From IMG/VR virus record IMGVR_UViG_3300023174_000038, positions 248,001 to 312,000 of that record: a stretch of 64,000 nucleotides of DNA. One strand, 5' to 3'. The notes under the pieces were generated by a model, which was not told where the DNA came from, did not search any database, and worked only from the letters and a program-made list of their open reading frames with translations. This document shows, piece after piece, positions 19,511-28,665 of the stretch (the first letter of the stretch is position 1; the number at the start of each line of letters is the position of its first letter). The position numbers and the translations under genes were made by a program.

Positions 19511-20346
19511 TCGTTTTTGAAAAGATCACATTGAAGTCTGGCACTATATCTCCACCCTCTTTCCATAGCAAGGTTGGCAACTGTTTTAGTATTAAGTTGA
19601 TATTTGTCATTTGTTCCGCCCACAGGCATTAAATATACAGGACCTCTGAATCCAGCAATACGATATTCTTTAACTGCCTTTTCTGCCTCTAGTACATCAT
19701 CTTCTGTTGCTACTACAAACTTAAGATACACAAAGCCTATACTTTCATATTGACGAATGATACTAGGACAGATTGCTTCACTCCACTTCTCACCGCTGAT
19801 ACTTAATTTAGGACTGACACTAAATGTTAGAGCATTCTTTTCTCTGTTAATCTTCCATTGCTGTAGATAGATTGATAGGTCTTGACTAAGTTCTTGCGTA
19901 CCGTTAGTTTCAAATGTAATCTCTTTCAAACTTTTCATTTTTTCGTTTGAAAGTAATTCAGGATAAGACCTTTGCCAACCAAGTAGAGGCTCCCCACCAG
20001 TGATAACAAGGTGTTCGTCCATCCAGCGATTGTGAGGAAGCATAGCCATAATGTCGTCAACAATATCATCGGTGGGGCGAACAGGACTAAGATGCTTAAA
20101 CCTAGGATCCCATGAAGCATAGCTATCACACCCTGTACTGACCAGCGGTAATTTTTTATAATCATCATAATAGTGAACCCTTGACGCAATATCTTCTACT
20201 TCTTTACTAGTTTGACCTTTAGGCATGCCGAAGCCTGCACATGTAAAGTTACAACCAAATGTTCTTAGGAAAATACTTGGTACACCGATATATCGGCCCT
20301 CTCCTTGTATACTATAGAATAGTTCTGAAATTTTTATGTTACTCAT
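19498..20346 (-). CDS. queE: 7-carboxy-7-deazaguanine synthase (radical SAM)
   Basis: ELFYSIQGEG, RTFGCNFTC...GCDS, ITGGEP, FETNG, SVSPK. Confidence 0.93.
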   Translation of the reverse strand: MSNIKISELFYSIQGEGRYIGVPSIFLRTFGCNFTCAGFGMPKGQTSKEVEDIASRVHYYDDYKKLPLVSTGCDSYASWDPRFKHLSPVRPTDDIVDDIMAMLPHNRWMDEHLVITGGEPLLGWQRSYPELLSNEKMKSLKEITFETNGTQELSQDLSIYLQQWKINREKNALTFSVSPKLSISGEKWSEAICPSIIRQYESIGFVYLKFVVATEDDVLEAEKAVKEYRIAGFRGPVYLMPVGGTNDKYQLNTKTVANLAMERGWRYSARLQCDLFKNEWGT

Positions 20347-20350
20347 ATTT

Positions 20351-20542
20351 TTACCAATTATGTATTGTGTTTGCTATAATGAAAAAACATGTTATCACAT
20401 GTAGCACCACCCAGAAAGTTTTTAGGAACAATGCGATTCTTGCTTCACCCAATGTAAGAATAGGTACATCAGGACGATCATCATCAGTATTACCCATTAG
20501 ATGACCGGTTGCTCTTGCCCAGATTTTTTCTAAACTATTCAT
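20351..20542 (-). CDS. Small membrane protein
   Basis: C-terminal TM helix; WARATG motif. Confidence 0.65.
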   Translation of the reverse strand: MNSLEKIWARATGHLMGNTDDDRPDVPILTLGEARIALFLKTFWVVLHVITCFFIIANTIHNW

Positions 20543-20958
20543 TAAGCTACCTCGTCTTTATTGTTGCTAGGATATTTTGCACTAGTATATCTAATAACTA
20601 ATACGCTTATTGTTACAATAAATGTAGAAACAGCAACCGCTAACATTTCAACAATATTAATTGGCTGATGACTCATTATATCTACCATATGCCGTGTCAG
20701 TGCTGTTATTGCAATGTATAACAAGAACCTGACAGGCATATGATTGGTCTTGAAATAAATGCCTACCATTGCACCCATTTCTAAATAGATAAACATCAAC
20801 AACAAGTCACCAACAGTTGCGTGATGTTTCTGAAACAGTTCAACAAAAGTACATCCGGCTGCCCATACTGTTGCGGCACCGATACCAAACAATGCTAAAC
20901 GATGAAATATATCTACTAAGGTATGTCCTACCTTATCTACCATTTCTGTTTTTAACAT
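20542..20958 (-). CDS. psiE: Phosphate-starvation-inducible PsiE-family membrane protein
   Basis: 4 TM; DLLLMFIYLE...YFKTNHMPVRFLLYIAITALTR. Confidence 0.88.
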   Translation of the reverse strand: MLKTEMVDKVGHTLVDIFHRLALFGIGAATVWAAGCTFVELFQKHHATVGDLLLMFIYLEMGAMVGIYFKTNHMPVRFLLYIAITALTRHMVDIMSHQPINIVEMLAVAVSTFIVTISVLVIRYTSAKYPSNNKDEVA

Positions 20959-21440
20959 TATTCAAACTCCCTATCTTCTCTATGACCACCTCTACCTGCC
21001 ATATTACTATCAGTCTCACGTACCTCTACCCTACAACACCATACACGCTTTGCTTCTTCACTACCACAATTAGGTAAAAAGATTGTGTTAATGTATTCGT
21101 ATAAGAAGTCAGATATTCCCTCACAACCAGTACGCTCTACTTCTGTAATCTTAGCTAGTTTCAAACGACCTAGTTCTAATAGATGTTCACGCATAGGGTC
21201 ATCCTGTGCGACTAATAATGTATGGTCAAACCATTCTTCTAGTTTATCTTTAAGTGGTCGTAATCCCCCAAAGTCAGTTACCCAGTTACGTGCATCTAGT
21301 GTATCAGCTTCAAATTCAAAGTGAAAACTCATAGCATAGCCATGAATTAGATTACAATGACTGTCGGCACGCCATTGACGATATGCGACAGGACCTATTT
21401 GTCTGTATGTTTTTGTTGAAAAGAATTTTTTGTTTGCCAT
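20958..21440 (-). CDS. queD: 6-carboxytetrahydropterin synthase
   Basis: SHCNLIHGY, WVTDFG, FDHT, E..N C-terminal motif; next to queE/folE. Confidence 0.88.
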   Translation of the reverse strand: MANKKFFSTKTYRQIGPVAYRQWRADSHCNLIHGYAMSFHFEFEADTLDARNWVTDFGGLRPLKDKLEEWFDHTLLVAQDDPMREHLLELGRLKLAKITEVERTGCEGISDFLYEYINTIFLPNCGSEEAKRVWCCRVEVRETDSNMAGRGGHREDREFE

Positions 21441-21516
21441 TGTGTTCTCCTATGTTGTATTATAGCATAGGCAGCAGAATTTGTAAAGCGGGAATGATGC
21501 CAAAAGGCCGCTGTTC
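21441..21516 (-). promoter_or_regulatory. queD leader: sigma70 promoter embedded in structured RNA element
   Basis: TTTACA-17-TATAAT; AGCGG/CCGCT stem; GGCA/TGCC potential pseudoknot; CCTATG/CATAGG hairpin over RBS. Confidence 0.55.
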
Positions 21517-21990
21517 TTATTTATTAAGAGTGTTAATGATTTGGGCATCAGCTACCCGTTTACGTAAACTTGAACTACTAAAACTGTGGTCACGACCATT
21601 GAACACAATTTCAATACCTCGTTCCCCACCTTCATATCTTCCAGTAAACTCTTTATCAGCATATTCAACACCCAAAATGCGAACATCTAGGGGTAGAATC
21701 AGTAATAGGTCAATAAGGTCCTGTTCAGTTTGATATACAACAACTTCATCTACATAACGGCAAGCCGCAAGCTGAATCTGTCGCTCTACAATACTTTGAA
21801 TAGGTTTGTTCTTAGTATCAGGACGATCAATGGTTGGATCTGTTTGTAATCCACAAATCAAGTAATCACAGTGGTTCTTTGCCTCACTTAACATAGCAAC
21901 ATGTCCTGCATGTAGCAAATCAAATGTACTAAAGGTAATACCAATCTTTTTACCTTGTGCTTTTAATTCTTTGATATGATTGAAAATCAT
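21517..21990 (-). CDS. Cytidylyltransferase (glycerol-3-phosphate CTase/TagD-like)
   Basis: FDLLHAGH, ER, YVDEV, SSSSLR; start likely MIFNH at 21990. Confidence 0.88.
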   Translation of the reverse strand: MIFNHIKELKAQGKKIGITFSTFDLLHAGHVAMLSEAKNHCDYLICGLQTDPTIDRPDTKNKPIQSIVERQIQLAACRYVDEVVVYQTEQDLIDLLLILPLDVRILGVEYADKEFTGRYEGGERGIEIVFNGRDHSFSSSSLRKRVADAQIINTLNK

Positions 21991-22223
21991 TTTGAAAGAG
22001 TTCTCCACATTTTAACTTGGTCATGCTCTTTTAAGAATTCATCCTCACCCACAAATGTAGGACTATCTGCCATAATCTCATCTAACAACCACTTGATACG
22101 ATGTAAATCTTTTTTGATTTCAAACTGATTGAAACCATCATTGTAATTGCTATGTAATTCTACACCACTCATATAGATTTGATGATGTACACTGTTGTAA
22201 TCCATTTGTTTACGCAAGCCCAT
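21987..22223 (-). CDS. Hypothetical protein
   Basis: Operon-packed ORF. Confidence 0.7.
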   Translation of the reverse strand: MGLRKQMDYNSVHHQIYMSGVELHSNYNDGFNQFEIKKDLHRIKWLLDEIMADSPTFVGEDEFLKEHDQVKMWRTLSK

Positions 22224-22909
22224 TATTTACATCCCTTGTTAGCAATCTGTAAGAACTCTTGTCGTGCCGCTGGATCTGTTTTAAATCCACCACCTAAACG
22301 ACAAGTAACTGTACTAGAGCCTGTATCTTCTACACCACGTGACTTAACGCAATAGTGTTGTGCATCAATCATAACTGCAACATCTTCTGTATCAAGGATG
22401 AACTGTAAGGTGTGAAATATTTGTTCAGTTAATCTTTCCTGTATTTGCGGACGTTTACTGAAATATTCTACGATACGGTTGATCTTACTAAGACCTAAAA
22501 CTTTTTGTTTAGGGACATAAGCTACAGTAGCCAATCCATCAATCACTACACCGTGATGTTCGCAGTTAGATTGAACATTAACATTACGCTCTACAACCAT
22601 TTCGTTGTATTGCATCTTGTTGTCAACTGTTGTGCATTTCGGAAAGTTTTCATCTTTAAGACCGAAATATATTTCATTAATATACATCTTAGCCATTCTA
22701 TTTGGGGTCTCACGAAGGCTATCATCATTTAAATCTACACCCACTGTTTTCCAAATAGTAGTAAATGCATCCTCTAAAATGTCAATTTTCTTTTTATTTT
22801 CTACTGCAAGAGCAGATTCGTTGATGGGAGTTTCTACTCCTACTTTAGTAAGATACTCTCTTACTTTTTTACCCAATATTGGGTCACATTTGGTTTTGTC
22901 AAAACTCAT
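22223..22909 (-). CDS. folE: GTP cyclohydrolase I
   Basis: ETPNR, CEHH, GLSKINR, RPQIQERLT, HYCVKSRG. Confidence 0.95.
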   Translation of the reverse strand: MSFDKTKCDPILGKKVREYLTKVGVETPINESALAVENKKKIDILEDAFTTIWKTVGVDLNDDSLRETPNRMAKMYINEIYFGLKDENFPKCTTVDNKMQYNEMVVERNVNVQSNCEHHGVVIDGLATVAYVPKQKVLGLSKINRIVEYFSKRPQIQERLTEQIFHTLQFILDTEDVAVMIDAQHYCVKSRGVEDTGSSTVTCRLGGGFKTDPAARQEFLQIANKGCK

Positions 22910-22924
22910 ATTGATTCTCCTTAC

Positions 22925-23767
22925 TCAAATTTGTTTATGATTTAAAAATGTAGGTTTAGTTAAATTCCAAACTAAACCATACTGATACTTCTTATCAGGA
23001 TTAATGGAAATGTCATTATCATTTCTATACTTTCCTTTTAACTCTCCTTCAAAAATTATTCTCTTTCCTGAAGGTTTGTATAATCTTCCGTAGCTTATAG
23101 TGTACTCTAATTTTATTAGTTCTTCAATTTTATCGGGTGAAAGAAATTTCTCTTCACCGTTTACTATACACCATTTCTTACCCTTAACTGCGGACTTACC
23201 ATACATACCATTAACTTCTCCATGTCTGGCCATTTGAGTCTTTGATCCAACTCTAAATTTTATTTCGCTAGTATTGATAATATTAGCAATACTAAAAATT
23301 TGGTGGTACAATGGCAATTGATGATACTTTATAATAGAATGCTCACCTAATATGATATTATATATAGTTATAGTATCTTTTCTAGGATTATTGAATGTTT
23401 TCTTTTTGTGTGATGCCACTGCCCTAGACGATGACCAATTGCTAGTTCGTATATTAGTTAAGCCGTATTTTTGCTTCAACTCCAATATCAATTTTAACTC
23501 TATGCATAGAGCCTCATCTTCTGTAAGACCTTCACTGATTTTTACAATCTTAGGGTTCAATCCTAAACTTTGTATTAACCTAATAGTGTTTAACTTATGA
23601 CTATTTTTATGTTTTCTAGTCGGTCTAGCATCTTTTAAGTGGTCAAAAAGTCTACTACCAATGCCCTTACCTATATAAAAAGGCTTCGCTGAAAAAGAAA
23701 AAACACTTGAATTATAACTTCCCTCTTCCATGGGATTTAAATATGCGTATACATAATACTGTGACAT
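22925..23767 (-). CDS. Free-standing GIY-YIG homing endonuclease
   Basis: YYVYAY...PFYIGKG..R...H...E...LTN; NGMYGK NUMOD-like motif; AT-rich insert. Confidence 0.82.
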   Translation of the reverse strand: MSQYYVYAYLNPMEEGSYNSSVFSFSAKPFYIGKGIGSRLFDHLKDARPTRKHKNSHKLNTIRLIQSLGLNPKIVKISEGLTEDEALCIELKLILELKQKYGLTNIRTSNWSSSRAVASHKKKTFNNPRKDTITIYNIILGEHSIIKYHQLPLYHQIFSIANIINTSEIKFRVGSKTQMARHGEVNGMYGKSAVKGKKWCIVNGEEKFLSPDKIEELIKLEYTISYGRLYKPSGKRIIFEGELKGKYRNDNDISINPDKKYQYGLVWNLTKPTFLNHKQI

Positions 23768-23843
23768 ATAAGCTTCCTAACTCCTTATATTAAAATTTTA
23801 GAGACAGAATCTATCTTATTCTGTCACATGTATTTATGCCTGT

Positions 23844-24041
23844 TTACTTAGCTTTTGCTTTTTCTTCGGCACGTGCGGCTTTTTCTGCTGTAATTTCATT
23901 ACGGCGTGCTTTAACCGCTTTAGCTAACTCTGCTAACGCTTTACGGGCACGTGTACCTGCGGCTGCATTGCCTTTGTTAAATTTATCATTTTCAGCATTG
24001 TATGCTGCCAAACTTGTTTCAATATCGTTTTGTGCGCTCAT
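23844..24041 (-). CDS. Histone H1-like (Hc1-family) DNA-binding protein
   Basis: KFNKGNAAAGTRARKALAEL...RNEI. Confidence 0.8.
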   Translation of the reverse strand: MSAQNDIETSLAAYNAENDKFNKGNAAAGTRARKALAELAKAVKARRNEITAEKAARAEEKAKAK

Positions 24042-24058
24042 TTTGTTTCCTTTAAATG

Positions 24059-25237
24059 TTATGAGTATTTTGTTTCTCTTGTGTATTTACGATAATCGGT
24101 AGTCATACGTAAATATTGTTCTCCGTTGCCTTCCATGATATCACAGATACGGTCAATTGTCCCATCATTGTACTTACTAATACGACCTTGATAGTTATGC
24201 GGTGCCATCAACAAATTTTGCAATTTAGACATAGCATCATCAATACTCCAAGGAATATATAGTCGGGTATTGTCATTTGCAAACGTTTCTGGAAAACTAC
24301 GATATGCTGGATATAATACATTACAACCCAACGTATCTGCTTCACTAACTGTATTACTTACCCAGTCTTGTAAAGCACAATTAAACAGTACTCTAGTATC
24401 ATTTAATAATTGATAGTAATCATTCTTTTCCAAATCTTCATAGATAACTAGTTTACCTTGACTTTGCAGTTTTCTAGTACGTTCCATATAACTTTCGTTA
24501 TTGCTTTTTAGTTTACTACCACTGAATACGCAGAACTCTACTTTAGTATTAGACCTAGAATGAAATGCTTCAATCAAATCCATATAGAAGTCAGGTTGTT
24601 TCTCTTGATCCCAACGTGCTGAAAATGCTACACGCATCTTACGTTGGTTGAAGGGTTTTAACGGTCCTGCAATACGTTCACGTACTTCATCTTTACCAAA
24701 TGCTAATCCTGAAATATTATAGATAGGAGCCTTCCAACCCGCAATCTTCATATGCATTACCATTTCTTCATTAGTAGCTAGTACACCGTCAACGAATGAA
24801 TCAACCATCTTTTCATAGTGACCCATAAATTCACTCATGCCCCATACATGTACGAAATCATCCGGATCAATTGACTGAGCAAGACAACGGACAAATATAC
24901 GAGGACGCAGATTAGCAGGAACTTGCTTAAGTATATAAGGAAGGCTTTCAATGCCCGGCTGAAACATATCTTCAAAATAGATAATATCTTCATCACTACA
25001 CTCACCTTGTTTCATCATCTTTACTAGATTCATTAATTGACTCATACCGTAGTATGTACGTCCATGTGCATCTAATACTTGTCCTGTTACAATAGCTTGG
25101 TCATTACTTAATGTATCACCGGGAACGATAACATAGTTAATGCCTCTACGTTTAAAGACACGTTCATTCCACTCTTGTAACTGTAGTGTATACCTGGCCT
25201 TGTACGGCTCAAGTCCCATGTAGTACAGCTTTCTCAT
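24059..25237 (-). CDS. GT-B glycosyltransferase (putative DNA glycosyltransferase)
   Basis: FSARWDQEKQP, ALQDWVSNTVSEA, YPAYRSFPE; start likely MRKLYY at 25237. Confidence 0.82.
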   Translation of the reverse strand: MRKLYYMGLEPYKARYTLQLQEWNERVFKRRGINYVIVPGDTLSNDQAIVTGQVLDAHGRTYYGMSQLMNLVKMMKQGECSDEDIIYFEDMFQPGIESLPYILKQVPANLRPRIFVRCLAQSIDPDDFVHVWGMSEFMGHYEKMVDSFVDGVLATNEEMVMHMKIAGWKAPIYNISGLAFGKDEVRERIAGPLKPFNQRKMRVAFSARWDQEKQPDFYMDLIEAFHSRSNTKVEFCVFSGSKLKSNNESYMERTRKLQSQGKLVIYEDLEKNDYYQLLNDTRVLFNCALQDWVSNTVSEADTLGCNVLYPAYRSFPETFANDNTRLYIPWSIDDAMSKLQNLLMAPHNYQGRISKYNDGTIDRICDIMEGNGEQYLRMTTDYRKYTRETKYS

Positions 25238-25434
25238 GGACGTGCGTCTTCCTGCCACTGATCCTTAGCCCACTTGCCAGTTACTGCTTTAGTAAATTGA
25301 CGATATGCAAAGCTACGCATATCATATAGGGTTGATTCATCAAACTTGTATCCATAATCTTGACAGAACATTAGATAGTTTTCTAGGTCCTCAAAGATTT
25401 GTTGAACACGTGGGTTAGATTGTTGTTTTGCCAT
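25234..25434 (-). CDS. Hypothetical protein
   Basis: IFEDLENYLMFC..YGY.FDE; AAGGA RBS. Confidence 0.72.
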   Translation of the reverse strand: MAKQQSNPRVQQIFEDLENYLMFCQDYGYKFDESTLYDMRSFAYRQFTKAVTGKWAKDQWQEDARP

Positions 25435-25445
25435 TATATATTCCT

Positions 25446-25901
25446 TTAAATAGCTAGTTGTTGATAAGGTTTGTTTGTGTTATAGACAATAGTAGCACCA
25501 TTCTCATTATCTTCTGATACTTGAATAGCGATATTACGATCTGGATACCGAGTTGCAATGACTTCATAGAGGTCATCACTAATCATTTCACAACTTTTGT
25601 AATCCAATTGAAGAATGCCTTGAGAATATTGATTCTCTAACCATCTTTTAAATTGGATAAACTCAATATCACGGTCGTTGTGAAATACTTCAATAGACAC
25701 TTCAAAATGAAAGATGTGTCTATGTGGAGTAGCTAAAAAGCTAACATCATACTCATCACCTGTAGCAAGTGCTGGGTCTGTTGCAGCCGCTGGGTATTTA
25801 TGAATACCTTCTTTTTGAAAACGTACAAAGATTGTACGTAATGCATTATCTTTAATGCGAGAACGTTTCTCTGCCATTGCTTGTTCATGTTGTTCTATCA
25901 T
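25446..25901 (-). CDS. QueD-paralogous T-fold protein, DpdL-like (putative CDG decarboxylase)
   Basis: LATPHRHIF matches the LxxxHRHxF signature recalled for DpdL; EGIH, SCEM, VSEDNENG. Confidence 0.72.
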   Translation of the reverse strand: MIEQHEQAMAEKRSRIKDNALRTIFVRFQKEGIHKYPAAATDPALATGDEYDVSFLATPHRHIFHFEVSIEVFHNDRDIEFIQFKRWLENQYSQGILQLDYKSCEMISDDLYEVIATRYPDRNIAIQVSEDNENGATIVYNTNKPYQQLAI

Positions 25902-26125
25902 TTAAAATCCCTGTTTAATGTTGCCCATGTTAACCACTTATGAAATGTATTATACACTAATTCTGCTTCTTTGTCATCTTGAGGTACCCGTTTACCACGT
26001 ATATAAAACCCATCTTTTGAAATACGTAACATTTCATCTGAACCACCAGTAAAGGTGATAGTAGAGTCCTGATTATCGGCAGTCATCGTTGACTTAACTG
26101 TAAGTGATGGAGTAATGTTAATCAT
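25898..26125 (-). CDS. Hypothetical protein
   Basis: EMLRISKDGFYIRG; operon-packed. Confidence 0.65.
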   Translation of the reverse strand: MINITPSLTVKSTMTADNQDSTITFTGGSDEMLRISKDGFYIRGKRVPQDDKEAELVYNTFHKWLTWATLNRDFK

Positions 26126-26129
26126 TATA

Positions 26130-26687
26130 TTATTTCCAATAAGGGCCCCAAGCCCAATTAATTAATGACCATCTGGTCCCTGATGTTAACAAACTAACTG
26201 CATGTGTATAAAAACTAGGAAATGATATTAGCGTACCTTTTTTATTAGGCATAGTTTTACCTAAAATACTAAATATCCCGCCCTTGTAATCAGTATCATT
26301 ACTAAGTTGTACTATTGTAGTAAATTTTCTATCCATAGTTTGTCCACGAGATGCTCCAAAATTGTCAGGATGTTCATTAAAAAAGTCAGATGTTTTGTAA
26401 CGTTTTAAAACGTAAGGCTCAATAAAAGTAATATCAAATCCATGAAATTTTACAATTTCTTCCCAATCTTTTTCAAAAACGTCTTTAACTTTATGTTGTT
26501 TATCTAATACACAATCTTCATATTTTAAACGGTTAACATTTGGACTATACTTAGGCACACCGGGTTTAACATGACTGGTGCCATACTCAATTAACTCATC
26601 ACACATATTATTAGATAAAAAATCTTCTTTAATAAGTATTTTATCTAACAAATTCCAAGATATTTCAGGTTTAACTATAATATCCAT
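26130..26687 (-). CDS. 2OG-Fe(II) oxygenase (prolyl-hydroxylase-like)
   Basis: HxD (HPD), YKGG, FPSFYTHAV, GTRWS. Confidence 0.88.
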   Translation of the reverse strand: MDIIVKPEISWNLLDKILIKEDFLSNNMCDELIEYGTSHVKPGVPKYSPNVNRLKYEDCVLDKQHKVKDVFEKDWEEIVKFHGFDITFIEPYVLKRYKTSDFFNEHPDNFGASRGQTMDRKFTTIVQLSNDTDYKGGIFSILGKTMPNKKGTLISFPSFYTHAVSLLTSGTRWSLINWAWGPYWK

Positions 26688-28297
26688 TACCTATTATCCC
26701 CTAGGGCTTCATTCATAGCATCATCGCTATCCTCTATTACTTCTTCAAACTCTTCCTCAACTTTTGGTTGATCTATTACGTCAAAAAATTTGTCAAAGTT
26801 AGTCATTGCATTAGCAGTTTTCTTACCACTAATGCCCTGACTACCCGATTGAAACTGCATCCAGTATCTACTATGATAATCAATCAAATTGATAGCTTCC
26901 TGTTTAGTTTTTTTACTAAAGATTTCATCAATTAACTCACTAAAAAACTTACTACCTTCAAACTTGTGAATTAACATTTTAGGTACAGTGCCATTTTCAT
27001 ATTGACGATTAGCTTCTTGTACTGCATTCATATGCATCCAAACATTATGACTTTGAAGCAAGGTATAACTTAATGTATCCCAACTAGTTTTAGTTTCTTT
27101 ACCATGCTGTCCCAAAAAACCTTGACCACGATAACAAAGATCCTTAAGCACTAGTTTATCAGTTACTGGACTATCTGTAAAGACTTTATGGATGCCTTCA
27201 GCTAATACAGCATCACGAAATTTACGGGTATCATTAGCATAACTTTTCTTTTCAGCAGTCTTTTCCATACTGTATGACCATTTCTTATTATGCTCAATGT
27301 TAGTATTGAAATAAGCTAGACCTTTAGCCGCACTATAGAATGGGCTTGCACAGTCAAAGGTAATCATTAGTTTAGGGTTGTGATATTTGCGTATAGCTTT
27401 CTGAATATCAGTAAACAATACAGCATATTCTAAAATACTTGTACCCAAACAATGAATTAAATCATGTTTACCTTCTACTAATAAACCATCATGGATAATA
27501 TCAATCATACGTGTCAACATCAAATGAGGATCAATCTTATTTTGACCACCAAACGCCCAACCATTAAAGTGATTGTCTGGATATATATTTGGGTCACAAT
27601 ATTTCTTCATCTCATTATACCAATCTTCTGATTGTGTATGATTACGACCCTGCAATACATTTAAGAACTTACATTCGCCTGTGCGATTATTAATAAAGTA
27701 TTCGTTATTAATATGGGTAGCTTTAACTGCATCTGCAATGTATTGAATTCCATGAACACTTACTCCTGATCCAGGAATAACATTACCCTTTTCGTCTTTC
27801 TCAAGAGTTTTTGGATCTTTAAGATGATAGGTTGTTAGTGATTGTGAAGGAATATCTAAACACATACCATAATTCATATATGTATCCATCCAGTTTAATA
27901 CTGCTTTACGCTTAACCATAGCTTTAGGGCAATTAGGATCTTTCCAATCAGCAGGCCATTGACCTTTTAAAATCTGAAATCCACCAGAGTCACCCAACAT
28001 AAACGTATCAGCTTCACGTTCTCTAATAATACTTTCACTAGGATCGTCTTTAGTAGTATCTAAGTTAGCATGACCAGCACTATACAAACCCCACTTATAA
28101 TAATAGAGTCCCTCTTTACTGTTTAAGAAGTTTAGTTTCTCTACATCACCATTGAATTGAGCAGGGATTCGTGCTTGGTCAAAGTACTCTTCACCTTTAC
28201 GTTGCTTACCTAAACCAGAGATATAAAAACTACTGACTGCGGGTAAGAACAATGCCCAATCGGGATTTTGTTTTACTGATAGATTATCTTGTTCCAT
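26687..28297 (-). CDS. dpdA: TGT-superfamily DNA 7-deazaguanine transglycosylase (DpdA-like)
   Basis: GDSGGFQ, LDIP, NVLQG, GWAFGG, HCLG, TFDCASP, terminal HN; sits with folE/queD/queE. Confidence 0.82.
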   Translation of the reverse strand: MEQDNLSVKQNPDWALFLPAVSSFYISGLGKQRKGEEYFDQARIPAQFNGDVEKLNFLNSKEGLYYYKWGLYSAGHANLDTTKDDPSESIIREREADTFMLGDSGGFQILKGQWPADWKDPNCPKAMVKRKAVLNWMDTYMNYGMCLDIPSQSLTTYHLKDPKTLEKDEKGNVIPGSGVSVHGIQYIADAVKATHINNEYFINNRTGECKFLNVLQGRNHTQSEDWYNEMKKYCDPNIYPDNHFNGWAFGGQNKIDPHLMLTRMIDIIHDGLLVEGKHDLIHCLGTSILEYAVLFTDIQKAIRKYHNPKLMITFDCASPFYSAAKGLAYFNTNIEHNKKWSYSMEKTAEKKSYANDTRKFRDAVLAEGIHKVFTDSPVTDKLVLKDLCYRGQGFLGQHGKETKTSWDTLSYTLLQSHNVWMHMNAVQEANRQYENGTVPKMLIHKFEGSKFFSELIDEIFSKKTKQEAINLIDYHSRYWMQFQSGSQGISGKKTANAMTNFDKFFDVIDQPKVEEEFEEVIEDSDDAMNEALGDNR

Positions 28298-28665
28298 TAA
28301 GCTACTTCTGATTTAATTAATGTTTGAACAACCTTGATTTGTTCTTCTTTGTCTTTGATTTGATTAATAAGGTCTTTGATAACTGGATTAGTTTGTGCTA
28401 ATCGTTCTATATAAAGTTCCTCGTCACGTTTCCTACGTGCCCATTCTAACAAACTAACTGCCTCATCACTTAAGTTTAGAGTAGCGTGATGTGCTGAAAG
28501 AATAATCCAAGTACTACCATCATATACTTCTATATTCTGACTATTAGGGTTATATCTCATATTACCCACACCAGGACTATTGCTATAGTTAGCTATATAA
28601 GTGGATCCAGGATTACCACCAGATACAGTTAAGAATGGACTATTAGAGTGTATGCTCTTAATCAT
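28297..28665 (-). CDS. Hypothetical protein
   Basis: GNMRYN...EVYDGSTW plus C-terminal coiled coil. Confidence 0.72.
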   Translation of the reverse strand: MIKSIHSNSPFLTVSGGNPGSTYIANYSNSPGVGNMRYNPNSQNIEVYDGSTWIILSAHHATLNLSDEAVSLLEWARRKRDEELYIERLAQTNPVIKDLINQIKDKEEQIKVVQTLIKSEVA

